A DNA stretch of 63,676 bases from Candidatus Kaiserbacteria bacterium GW2011_GWA2_52_12 (GCA_001004345.1 LCQW01000001.1:1-63676); one strand, 5' to 3'. Shown: positions 9,632 through 18,427, counted from the first letter of the stretch. Notes: generated by a model from the letters alone, not told the origin. A program made the numbers and translations.

Positions 9632-10305
9632 ACGGTACCGAGCGGCTGATGATACATTTCACCCAAAAAATATTTCAGTATCGAAGACAGATCTTCTTCA
9701 GTTGTCGCTTTTTTCACTTTATTAAAATATGTCATACGCATCAGTTCTGTTTGGGAGAGACGCTGATCAGTAAGCGCAGCTTTGAAAATAATGTCATCGG
9801 CCGCCTGTTTGAGTGGAATGCCCGCATAATCCGCGTATTGCACCACGTACGGTATTTCCATGGTCCTCGTCTCGTCATACCCGCAATCCCGGAATAGTAT
9901 CGCCTGCAATTTTTTGGATAGATAGATAGTGTCTTGCGAGGCAATGCCATACGAAGAATCGTATCGTGCTATGATTATGTTTCTCATGATGGGAAGGATG
10001 GTCGCACCTTTATGCATAGCAAGCTTCGATTTGTCGCGAAGCATATCTACGTTCGGTGATGGATTTTTCTTCACCACTCTAGATGCCGGATCGAACACCC
10101 ATTCCGGATACTGTTCGGGGGAGGTATCTTTTAGCGGCGATTCATTGAGATAATTGGGAATATTGATATTAAAAACTGCGAATGAGTGCGGAGTGCAATC
10201 AGTTAAAAATGCTATGACCCCGGGGAATCTATCGATGGCGAGGATCGCCTTTGAGGAGAAATCGAGCAATGCATGGGTGGGCATACGAGTAAAATGTTGA
10301 TTCAT
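9628..10305 (-). CDS. Hypothetical protein, translationally coupled to the PP-loop gene
   Basis: 225-aa ORF with ATGA overlap on the downstream gene. Confidence 0.7.
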   Translation of the reverse strand: MNQHFTRMPTHALLDFSSKAILAIDRFPGVIAFLTDCTPHSFAVFNINIPNYLNESPLKDTSPEQYPEWVFDPASRVVKKNPSPNVDMLRDKSKLAMHKGATILPIMRNIIIARYDSSYGIASQDTIYLSKKLQAILFRDCGYDETRTMEIPYVVQYADYAGIPLKQAADDIIFKAALTDQRLSQTELMRMTYFNKVKKATTEEDLSSILKYFLGEMYHQPLGTV

Positions 10306-10386
10306 TATATATTGCCATTTTGTTTTATCAATGTATGTAAGCCGCGATGTAAAAAAAGAGCCGACCTCCTGGATCGGCTCAGTGAT

Positions 10387-10629
10387 CTAATATCTTCGGC
10401 AGTTCCGCACGTCTTGCGCCCATCGCGTGCGAAGGAGCGACAGCATCCCGGGCGGACATAACCCCGAACGTGGATATATTTTTTTTAGTGAGTTTCTATC
10501 GAAACCCACACTGCCATCGTCCCGGTATCCAAACCCCGGGACTGGGGCACGTTTATCCATGATCAGCTGCGCTGATGCGCCGCTGATCATGAGTACCGAA
10601 ACTAAAACAGCTGCGATTACCGTCCTCAT
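10387..10629 (-). CDS. Small secreted protein (80 aa, 2 Cys)
   Basis: AAGGAGG SD; signal peptide MRTVIAAVLVSVLMISGASA; downstream hairpin at 10358-10380. Confidence 0.7.
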   Translation of the reverse strand: MRTVIAAVLVSVLMISGASAQLIMDKRAPVPGFGYRDDGSVGFDRNSLKKIYPRSGLCPPGMLSLLRTRWAQDVRNCRRY

Positions 10630-10661
10630 TTCAGCCTCCTTTTGCTAACTGAAATTATAGT

Positions 10662-11960
10662 TCATTTTTTTTGAAAGTCAAGTGATTCGTCGGCAACGAT
10701 TTTTGATTTCCCGCGCGGAGTTTGCGTAATGTGTGCAACGATTTCGACGTCAATGACAATGTGCTGCCCGGTGATTGTACGCACCGATTCTCGAATGCGA
10801 TCGCGGTCCGATTCTTTGAAATACGGGCCCGGAATGATCCGCACTGCGAGCCGGTCTTCCGCGTGTTTTACCACTTGATATTGCAGCACGATATCCATAA
10901 AGCCGTCGAGCGCCCCGTCAAACTCAAGATGATGGATTTTTCTGCCGTCAAACGATAAAAATGCCGAGTATCTCCCCTCTACCCATATGCGCGGCGTCTC
11001 GAGGCCGCAGGCGCACTTCTCCCGTGTCAGCACACCTTGATCCCCGGTTTCATAGCGAATGAAGGGCATATTGTAGTTCATAAGATCGGTAACGATGATT
11101 CTGCCGCGCCGTTTTTCTTTTTGCGGGAATCCGCGCTCATCCACGACCTCGACTATGACGGACTCACTGTTCACGTGCATGCCGTCATGGTATTTACATT
11201 CAATCGCGGCGCTTCCGCAGAGCTCTATGAGGCCGTAATAATCGTATACTTCCGCGGAAAATGCTTCGGCGATAGTGCGGCGGGCGAGGGGGCCGAGCAT
11301 TTCTCCGAAGGGGACGACATACTTCGATACAAGCGCCGCCGCCGTTTTGTCGCTTTTTATAATACTCACCATTTCCAGAAGAATAGAGGGGAAAGTTGTG
11401 ATGATGTCCGGCTGAAAATCGGCCATTTCACGGAGCGCTTTTTTGGGATTCCGCCGAAAGTCGGATAAATTGATAAAAAGAAGGTTGTCGAACTTCGGGA
11501 ATTTGACGTCTATGCGGACAGTTTTAAAGGTCTTGAATACATTCATGTCGTGGCTGTCCCAATACAGAAAACGATATCGCGTAAAGTTCGAGAAATTGGG
11601 ATTAAATGTCGCAGTTCCGGCAAGAACAGAAAACGGTTCGCCCGAAGAGCCCGATGTATTTTTCCATACCATTCGGAGCAATCGGCTGGTATCCGTATAT
11701 TCCTCGACCGCCTTACCTCTGAAAAAATCTTTCATAATGATCGGTAATCGTTCAAAGTCTCCCATGCGGATAATTTCATCAGGACGTACACCATGTGCCG
11801 CATATAATTCGGCGTATACAGGGATAGAGCGAACGGCGTGCCTCACGATCTTTCGAGCATAGGATACCTGCCACTTCTCGATGGCGCGCGCACCGCGCAT
11901 GTGCAAAAAGAACATCCGATACCAGTTCAGCCGATTTTTGATCGTGCGAAAGAGGTGCAT
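10662..11960 (-). CDS. Phenylacetate-CoA ligase (PaaK/CapK)-like adenylate-forming enzyme
   Basis: TSGSSGEP, YGLIE, MPFIRYETGD, TPRGK. Confidence 0.88.
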   Translation of the reverse strand: MHLFRTIKNRLNWYRMFFLHMRGARAIEKWQVSYARKIVRHAVRSIPVYAELYAAHGVRPDEIIRMGDFERLPIIMKDFFRGKAVEEYTDTSRLLRMVWKNTSGSSGEPFSVLAGTATFNPNFSNFTRYRFLYWDSHDMNVFKTFKTVRIDVKFPKFDNLLFINLSDFRRNPKKALREMADFQPDIITTFPSILLEMVSIIKSDKTAAALVSKYVVPFGEMLGPLARRTIAEAFSAEVYDYYGLIELCGSAAIECKYHDGMHVNSESVIVEVVDERGFPQKEKRRGRIIVTDLMNYNMPFIRYETGDQGVLTREKCACGLETPRIWVEGRYSAFLSFDGRKIHHLEFDGALDGFMDIVLQYQVVKHAEDRLAVRIIPGPYFKESDRDRIRESVRTITGQHIVIDVEIVAHITQTPRGKSKIVADESLDFQKK

Positions 11961-11985
11961 GCTGTTATTTCATGATTATAGACAC

Positions 11986-13320
11986 TTAAAATGTACGAAC
12001 AAAGTATACGGCTTTACCGCTCGCAGCCGGCGGTATGTCGTCCACAATTTCCCACGTGATACGCACGGTGGGAAGCATTTTTTCCATGAGAGCTCTTTCC
12101 ATGGCCGCCTTTTGTTCATCGTACAGCTTGCCGGGGATGACTTTCACCGTGAACGCAAGAGGGGCTGTATGAACGATTTGATACTGGCGGATTGACTGGA
12201 AGAAGCGGTCGAAAACAGAAGCGAGTTCCAGAAGCGGAACTTTTCTTCCCCTCGTAAGTTCGATCATATGCGCTTCGCGTCCTTTCAGGCGCATCGTGCG
12301 CAGTGTGCGACCACATGTACAGGGTGTAGTGTCGATAGTGCCAAGATCTCCTGTAAAATATCGGATGAAGGGCATCACACGTTGTTCAAATGCGGTAACA
12401 ACGACGCGGCCTTCGTCTCCTGCGGGAGTGGAGTGTCCCTGTATGTCGATAATTTCAACGAGATATGATTCTTCGTTGATGTGGAGCTTGTGATGTTCGC
12501 ATTCAAATGCCAGCCAGCCTAATTCCTGCGCAGGATAGCATGTGTATATATTTGCACCGAAGGCCTCTGCCATCACGCCGCGCGCCTCGGGGAGCAGTTC
12601 TTCTCCTGTAGCAATTACGCCGCGAATGGGGAGGAATATATTTTTTTCGCGCATTACACGCGCAAGTTCCAAGAGCGGGGATACGAATCCATACAAAATA
12701 AAGCCTTTTTTGTGCGACGAAGCCAATGCGACAAAATCTTTAAATCGATGTCGTATGAAATTGTAACCGCCGATGAAAAAGAACGCATAGCTCGTGAACG
12801 CAAATCCTTGCCGTTCCCGAGCGCGCATGGAAATGACGGGGAAACGCCTGCCGCCGCCTGCAGTGCGCAGCATCCGCTCACAGAGAGCGTACATACGGAG
12901 CACGTAGCCGCGATCCTGATAAAAACGGAACGGCATTCCCGTCGAGCCAGACGTGCGATCCCAAAAACTTCCATTGATATACCGTTCATTCGTAATGTAC
13001 CCGACATCTCTATCGAGGAGGTTCTTTTTTGATGTGATAGGAAGTTTTGAAAGATCATCAGCGGCGAATACATAAGGATCTACACCTGATCGAGAGAAAA
13101 CGTCTCGCCAGAAAGGAACCATATTCGAGTCTCGTATCAAGGCGGCAATACGCTTTCTTGTTATCGTTTCGATACGTGCACGCGGCCAGTACTGGCTTTT
13201 TAGGAGTACGTGCATATCGAAAAAGAACGGGATGCGCCTGAAAAGGCGATACGAAAAATGTATCGTCCACAGAGAATCATTCCGCAATCCTTTTTTGAGC
13301 AAGACATGTTCCGCAAACAT
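11986..13320 (-). CDS. Phenylacetate-CoA ligase (PaaK/CapK)-like adenylate-forming enzyme
   Basis: TSGSTGMP, YPAQE, MPFIRYFTGD, ASGK. Confidence 0.88.
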   Translation of the reverse strand: MFAEHVLLKKGLRNDSLWTIHFSYRLFRRIPFFFDMHVLLKSQYWPRARIETITRKRIAALIRDSNMVPFWRDVFSRSGVDPYVFAADDLSKLPITSKKNLLDRDVGYITNERYINGSFWDRTSGSTGMPFRFYQDRGYVLRMYALCERMLRTAGGGRRFPVISMRARERQGFAFTSYAFFFIGGYNFIRHRFKDFVALASSHKKGFILYGFVSPLLELARVMREKNIFLPIRGVIATGEELLPEARGVMAEAFGANIYTCYPAQELGWLAFECEHHKLHINEESYLVEIIDIQGHSTPAGDEGRVVVTAFEQRVMPFIRYFTGDLGTIDTTPCTCGRTLRTMRLKGREAHMIELTRGRKVPLLELASVFDRFFQSIRQYQIVHTAPLAFTVKVIPGKLYDEQKAAMERALMEKMLPTVRITWEIVDDIPPAASGKAVYFVRTF

Positions 13321-13385
13321 ACCGAGTATGGTTCAATACTACCGCAATTCTGAAAAAATAACGTACAGAAGTGTCTAAAATATCG

Positions 13386-14075
13386 TCAAGTACTCCCGAT
13401 TGCTATCGCATACACAGGTTGCTCGATTGAATTGTCGAGGTCCAATATGTCGATCACAGCCTTGTCGTCAAATCTCGCCAGAGGACATGTGCCGAGATTC
13501 AGCGCCGTTGCGACGAGTAGTATATTTTGTGCCATGTGTCCGGCTTCGAGCATGCCCAGATAGTATCCAAAATCGCCGTACTTTTCACAATTACGATCCC
13601 ATACCGCGGTGAACATCAGGGTGAGAGGTGCGGCGTTAGCCCATGTATTTGCTGAATTATTTGAAAAAATATTCAATGGGTCTGGAATATTCCACAATCG
13701 TTCAAGTGCGTGCCCGACAACTCTGTAATGAAATGCGCCGCGCGTGAGCGATTCAACATTTTGTGTAAAGAGGTACGTTTCTATCGGGAACACCGCACCA
13801 CCCGAAGGATAGTGACGTGAGCGGCCTTCGCGAACGCCGAGCGCATGCCCAAGTAGCGTCCCGATATCACCTGCGGATAGAGGCACAGAAGAATCGAGTG
13901 ACCGACTAGAAGCCCGCTTCTTCAGCACCTCATCGAGGCCGACTCGGAGCGGGGAATACCCAAGCGATATCTGCTCCATCCGCGGGTAGCTTTTACTTTC
14001 TTTCACCACGTCGACACCCGTGCCGTTTTTGCACGTTCGCAAATGCTCGTGAATGGCGTACGGAAGTTTTTTCAT
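13386..14075 (-). CDS. SagB/ThcOx-type FMN-dependent azoline dehydrogenase (nitroreductase fold)
   Basis: KRASSR, YPSGGAVFPIETY, KYG..GY...LEAGHMAQN; 4-nt overlap with YcaO. Confidence 0.92.
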   Translation of the reverse strand: MKKLPYAIHEHLRTCKNGTGVDVVKESKSYPRMEQISLGYSPLRVGLDEVLKKRASSRSLDSSVPLSAGDIGTLLGHALGVREGRSRHYPSGGAVFPIETYLFTQNVESLTRGAFHYRVVGHALERLWNIPDPLNIFSNNSANTWANAAPLTLMFTAVWDRNCEKYGDFGYYLGMLEAGHMAQNILLVATALNLGTCPLARFDDKAVIDILDLDNSIEQPVYAIAIGST

Positions 14076-15490
14076 GCGAACGGGTGCGGCTCATCGAGGT
14101 ACGGTGAGGAACGAGGCGTATATCCGAACATGCGAGCGACGCGCTCCCTTCGGGGCCCGCCGCCGTATTGATATCTCTCATTTTGATGGATTGGCAGGAG
14201 CTCTGGCATTACGACCATCTCTATATGCCACGGCGAAACATTCTCGGGAGATTCTGTATAGGAGATGGCGGCACATTCGTACTTATTTTTCCCGCACCAC
14301 TCCGTGATGAGCGACAAGTGCGCCTCCGGCGAAACGGCGATGTCTGTTCCGGAATGTTCCACGAGCGGTCCGCTCGTCAAAAAAGCGAGTTTCTTGTATC
14401 TGTCGCCGATAGCCCAGTACTGCGAGCGCTCCGTATGTACGACATCGCATGCTTTTTTTTCCTCGCCGAACGACTTCGTCTCTCTCTGCCGCCGAATGTT
14501 ACGCCGCATGCGGAGCGCTTCGAGCGCGGCATGTTCAACGGCATGTGAAAGATTGCGGTGCGCACAGAGCCCCATCGACCACGGAGGCATTTTCGCATGC
14601 TCGTCGTGGACAACGACACATACCGTATATGCCGGTGCGTCCGACGGCAAGAGCATCGCGTCGACGGAGAGCCGATAGCGGGCGCACTTTGCAAGGAGCG
14701 CTCTCACGTCGGAGGATTTTTTGTTGAATTTCGCGAGGTCGATGCGTGGGGGCGAAATTTGATTGAGCCACGTGATCATAAAGGCATCCCGCTCGATGAT
14801 CTCGAGCGCTCCGCCAAGGCGGGCAAATGCTTGCGACGGGCCCGCCGCCATGCCGGTCGTGATGGGTTCAAGAATGACCGGCTCGTGGCCCTTTCTGAAA
14901 TTCTCGATACCGTATTTGCCGCTCGCTACCTGTGCGGGAACCCATACCGGTTTGCCGCTCACAAGCGATTGCCCGCAAACCCATCGATATTCCGCATCGG
15001 GGTGCAATGTAAGGCGTTGAATATTCGCGCGCTGCTCCCTGGTAAATCCGGCGAATTGTTCCGGCAATAGGACGTGCCCTTGCGCAAGAATATCGCGTGC
15101 ACTCGCACGTACGACATCGGAAAATTCTACGGTGTACCACAGATGCCGCTCGACTGCTTCTGCGAGCGTAGATATGAGTGCCGAGCGATCACTCCCCCGT
15201 GACATCCCTCCCGCGACGCCGCCCTCGTGCACGAGAGTGGCTCGCCATTGGAAAAATCGCGGTTCGTCGGGAAAACCACCAACGGGCCCGTATGAGTGTA
15301 TTATTTTTGCCGCTCGCAGCCGCTCGGCCACTTCGAGCAGATCGACAAGGTCTTCACGCCCGAAAGGTATACGCGCCCGCTCAAATACGAATGTTCCTCC
15401 AAGGCGACGCTCTAAAAAACGAACAAATGCTTGGATGCCTGGTTTGGATTTCCCCCAGAGAACCTCGAAGGAGATCGCGTCTATAAGCAT
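14072..15490 (-). CDS. YcaO-family cyclodehydratase
   Basis: STLAEAVER, TTGMAAG, LEIIERDA, C-terminal PHPFA. Confidence 0.93.
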   Translation of the reverse strand: MLIDAISFEVLWGKSKPGIQAFVRFLERRLGGTFVFERARIPFGREDLVDLLEVAERLRAAKIIHSYGPVGGFPDEPRFFQWRATLVHEGGVAGGMSRGSDRSALISTLAEAVERHLWYTVEFSDVVRASARDILAQGHVLLPEQFAGFTREQRANIQRLTLHPDAEYRWVCGQSLVSGKPVWVPAQVASGKYGIENFRKGHEPVILEPITTGMAAGPSQAFARLGGALEIIERDAFMITWLNQISPPRIDLAKFNKKSSDVRALLAKCARYRLSVDAMLLPSDAPAYTVCVVVHDEHAKMPPWSMGLCAHRNLSHAVEHAALEALRMRRNIRRQRETKSFGEEKKACDVVHTERSQYWAIGDRYKKLAFLTSGPLVEHSGTDIAVSPEAHLSLITEWCGKNKYECAAISYTESPENVSPWHIEMVVMPELLPIHQNERYQYGGGPRRERVARMFGYTPRSSPYLDEPHPFA

Positions 15491-15564
15491 GGTGCGGATT
15501 ATATATCAACACCTTCCATTTGACAGAGTTTCGGGTATGCATACACCCGAGATATAATAAGATT
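15491..15564. promoter_or_regulatory. Divergent leaderless promoters with a central inverted repeat
   Basis: Minus-strand TATAAT at 15498-15503; plus-strand TATAAT at 15553-15558; TCGGGT-N8-ACCCGA at 15531-15550. Confidence 0.6.
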
Positions 15565-15843
15565 ATGTTTCTAGCTCATAAAGTGCGAAACGCGGCAAGA
15601 TCGTTTACCCGCAAGACGCGTATCAAACTCCTACTTGTTTTAGGGTTTGCTTCTATTTTCTTTATTGCCGCTCCGCGCGTTCTTCACTACGATCAGACCC
15701 CTGTGGGACCCGATGCGGCGCATGCCGATGCCCCCGATTGCGGTGATTGCGGTTGCGGCGCCCCTGACTGCGCCTCTGACTGCGCCTCTGACTGCGCCCC
15801 TGACTGCGCCTCTGACTGCGGCTCCTGTGCCTGTGGTAAATAG
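15565..15843 (+). CDS. Candidate RiPP precursor: basic N-terminus, hydrophobic segment, AHA|D, Asp/Cys-repeat core
   Basis: 92 aa; core DAPDCGDCGCGAPDCASDCASDCAPDCASDCGSCACGK; divergent from YcaO. Confidence 0.8.
   Translation: MFLAHKVRNAARSFTRKTRIKLLLVLGFASIFFIAAPRVLHYDQTPVGPDAAHADAPDCGDCGCGAPDCASDCASDCAPDCASDCGSCACGK
15760..15819 (+). repeat. 5 x 12-bp coding tandem repeat GCC(C/T)CTGACTGC
   Basis: Encodes APDC-ASDC-ASDC-APDC-ASDC. Confidence 0.95.
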
Positions 15844-15915
15844 ACTTTCCACTGCGTGGGATCAATACGTTGTGCGTTGCGCAACAGCTTTGTGGTGTAT
15901 GATAATATTATCTAA

Positions 15916-16728
15916 ATGTTTAGTGGACGCGCGCAATCGAGTGGATCAATTTTGTCGCTGCGCGATCTTGTTGTTATCGTCGTCGCACTCGGACTGCTTG
16001 GATTTTTTGATGGGGCCATCGGATACACAGTCGGTGCGTATGAACGTGCTATGTTCGCCGTCGCGCCGAGTGCGCAGCGTGCTGCTTCGTATGGGGAGCG
16101 TCATATCGACGCGCGGCAGTTTCCGGCTTTGTACGATATAGACCGCGCAGAATATTATTATGAGGAACTCGAAAAAATTGATCCGACATATCCATATCTC
16201 TATCACCAACGTGCGCGCATAGAATTTTTGCGTGGACATTTCATTATTGCGCTTTCGTACATAAACAAGGAGATCGAGACTCGTGGCGCAGATGAACCAA
16301 ACACCTATTACGTCCGCGGTCTTATCGAAGGGTATATGGGGCGCTACAAACAAGCAGCCGAGGACTATGCCACATACTTGAAGTCCGATCCATACAACTG
16401 GGCGGCGCTCAATGACTATGCGTGGGTGCTTCTGAAGGCAGGTCGACCCGATAAAGCGTTGGAAGTGATCAGTCGAGGACCCGCGGGTCACCAAATACAA
16501 AATGCATGGCTCCTGAATTCAAAAGCGATAGCGTTGTATGAACTTGGCCGGATGCCCGAGGCTCTTGAGGCGGCGAAACAAGCATTGACCATGGTCGGAA
16601 ACGTCAAAGAAAAGAATTGGCTCACGGCATATCCCGGCAATGATCCGAAGATCGCTGGAGAGGGGATTGCGGCACTCAAACGATCCATAGAAACGAACAT
16701 GAAAGCTATCGAACTCGCAATAAAATAG
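15916..16728 (+). CDS. Membrane-anchored tetratricopeptide repeat protein
   Basis: N-terminal TM; TPR-like repeats (YYVRGLIEGYMGRYKQAAEDY, WLLNSKAIALYELGRMPEALEAA). Confidence 0.85.
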   Translation: MFSGRAQSSGSILSLRDLVVIVVALGLLGFFDGAIGYTVGAYERAMFAVAPSAQRAASYGERHIDARQFPALYDIDRAEYYYEELEKIDPTYPYLYHQRARIEFLRGHFIIALSYINKEIETRGADEPNTYYVRGLIEGYMGRYKQAAEDYATYLKSDPYNWAALNDYAWVLLKAGRPDKALEVISRGPAGHQIQNAWLLNSKAIALYELGRMPEALEAAKQALTMVGNVKEKNWLTAYPGNDPKIAGEGIAALKRSIETNMKAIELAIK

Positions 16729-16827
16729 CCTATCAACACATTATTCGGTAACAGGTACTGAATATATGCCCGGTCGGATATAATGGAAATCATCTCTCTT
16801 TGATCCTAATCGGAGAATCGCAATATC

Positions 16828-17985
16828 ATGAACTTGTATTATAAAATATTCGCAGGTGTCGTAGTAATAGGTTGCGTATCTGCCGCGGCTATCTACTTAT
16901 ACTTACAGCAACAGAAGCAAAAAGACGATGCGGCAGTGCAGGCAATAACAACGAACTTACTCGAAGCGAAGTACAGAGATGCAATACAAGAAACGGAAAC
17001 ATTACGTGCCAACAAACAAGAATCGGACCCACTCTACGCAATAGATCTTGAAATAGCGTCAATAGCAAGTTTCAGCGAGCTTGCTTTAAATCGCGCGGAT
17101 GCAGTGTCATCCGAGGAGTGGATCAACGTTATTCACATGGCAAAAAAACAGCTTGAATCCACGCGGGATCCATACCTTCAAGCAGGAGCCGTCGATCTAT
17201 TACTGCTTGTACTCCACCAAACGAACGATCCGGTTGTTGCCGCAGAAATCTTTGCAGGTGAACCCTTCAATAAACTTCGCGGACAGGATCGGAGTACCTC
17301 GCTCAAAAATCTGGCGACATATTCGATTGAACTATACCCGACAGCACCCCCCTACATCATGCTTGCGCGTGTACGGGCTGATGCGATAAATTATCTCCTC
17401 AAGCCCGGCTCAATCGTGCCGATTGACAATGCTAGTAGCACAGGCCTTATTTCGCGGGCTAATCAAATTGAAGAAAATGTAAAAAATGCGGAAATGGCTG
17501 CAAAAACTACGAAGGCCCGTGACGGGCGATCACCATTTTCCCTACTCACATACCCGTGGAACACAATATGGTCTGCGTATGCTCTTTCGCAGGCGGCGAG
17601 GGTTGACAAAAAGTATTGGTTGGAGACTGAAAACATGTTTAAGGACGCTATTTTATATACAGAGACGACGGTAGATAAAAATGGAAAGCCATATCCAGCT
17701 CTCCTGCAGCTTTCGGCGAAAGCACGCCTATATTACGCTCGCGGATTGTATGATATTTTTGGCGATGCGCGCGCGTCTGATATCACGAATACGCTCGATA
17801 CTTTAAGTGCGATGATTGAACGTCAGCCGGAGTTATACACGGCACAACAGCGACTTTTTGATCTCATACTCAAGAATCGCCATAGATCTGAAGTAACTCG
17901 CCATTGGTATGAAGAATTCGCCGGTCTTGCGAAATACTCGTCTTCATTTGCGTCGTATCTTAAGAGTAGAGGCTGGGATCTGTGA
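16828..17985 (+). CDS. Hypothetical membrane-anchored helical protein
   Basis: 385-aa ORF with a single N-terminal TM. Confidence 0.75.
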   Translation: MNLYYKIFAGVVVIGCVSAAAIYLYLQQQKQKDDAAVQAITTNLLEAKYRDAIQETETLRANKQESDPLYAIDLEIASIASFSELALNRADAVSSEEWINVIHMAKKQLESTRDPYLQAGAVDLLLLVLHQTNDPVVAAEIFAGEPFNKLRGQDRSTSLKNLATYSIELYPTAPPYIMLARVRADAINYLLKPGSIVPIDNASSTGLISRANQIEENVKNAEMAAKTTKARDGRSPFSLLTYPWNTIWSAYALSQAARVDKKYWLETENMFKDAILYTETTVDKNGKPYPALLQLSAKARLYYARGLYDIFGDARASDITNTLDTLSAMIERQPELYTAQQRLFDLILKNRHRSEVTRHWYEEFAGLAKYSSSFASYLKSRGWDL

Positions 17986-17989
17986 TTGC

Positions 17990-18427
17990 ATGAAGCATAT
18001 GCGCGAATATACAAAAAGCATTCTCCGACACATACGCAAAGAATTATTTTTTGTTATATTACTTTGCATCGTCTCTCTTGCGCTCGTTGCCTACATTCCG
18101 CATTCCGGCGATCGGCCCTCCCTGTCGCCTGAAGTGAAATTTGCCGATGCATCGCCAGCGGGCCTTTCCATTGTTCCTGCGTCCTGCCCGTCTGACCCGC
18201 ATTATACCAACGAATGCTCCTGCCCCACTTCGATAGAAACACCATGGCAATCGAGCGGGCTTCTTCTATATAGTGCCGCGACACGCTACATTACACAGCA
18301 GGCGAATAGTATCTGCGTAACCAATAATTCAGGCAGCCATTATTTCATCCCCGCCAACACCACAGGCGAACTGCAATCCTTTTACAACGCCGCACCGGGT
18401 CTTGGTGTGAGTGTATATTCGCCGTAG
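17990..18427 (+). CDS. Hypothetical membrane-anchored Cys-containing protein
   Basis: TM segment, then PASCP..ECSCP..CVTNN..YFIPANT.GELQSF. Confidence 0.65.
   Translation: MKHMREYTKSILRHIRKELFFVILLCIVSLALVAYIPHSGDRPSLSPEVKFADASPAGLSIVPASCPSDPHYTNECSCPTSIETPWQSSGLLLYSAATRYITQQANSICVTNNSGSHYFIPANTTGELQSFYNAAPGLGVSVYSP

Noticed and set aside
8522..10305. Prophage or lasso peptide cluster
   Set aside because: No phage structural or integrase genes, and no lasso B protease or typical lasso precursor visible.
10662..13320. Phenylacetate catabolism pathway (PaaK plus distant PaaX)
   Set aside because: No paaABCDE/paaZ; the PaaX-like gene is >20 kb away and unlinked.
15760..15819. Possible CRISPR array
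   Set aside because: 12-bp contiguous units with no spacers; it is a coding repeat.
15640..16141. Alternative-frame repeat ORFs (GAVR, APLT, RSQ and EAQS repeats)
   Set aside because: Shadows of the same 12-bp repeat. Only the Cys frame has a -10 box/ATG, a signal-like N-terminus and no overlap with the TPR gene.
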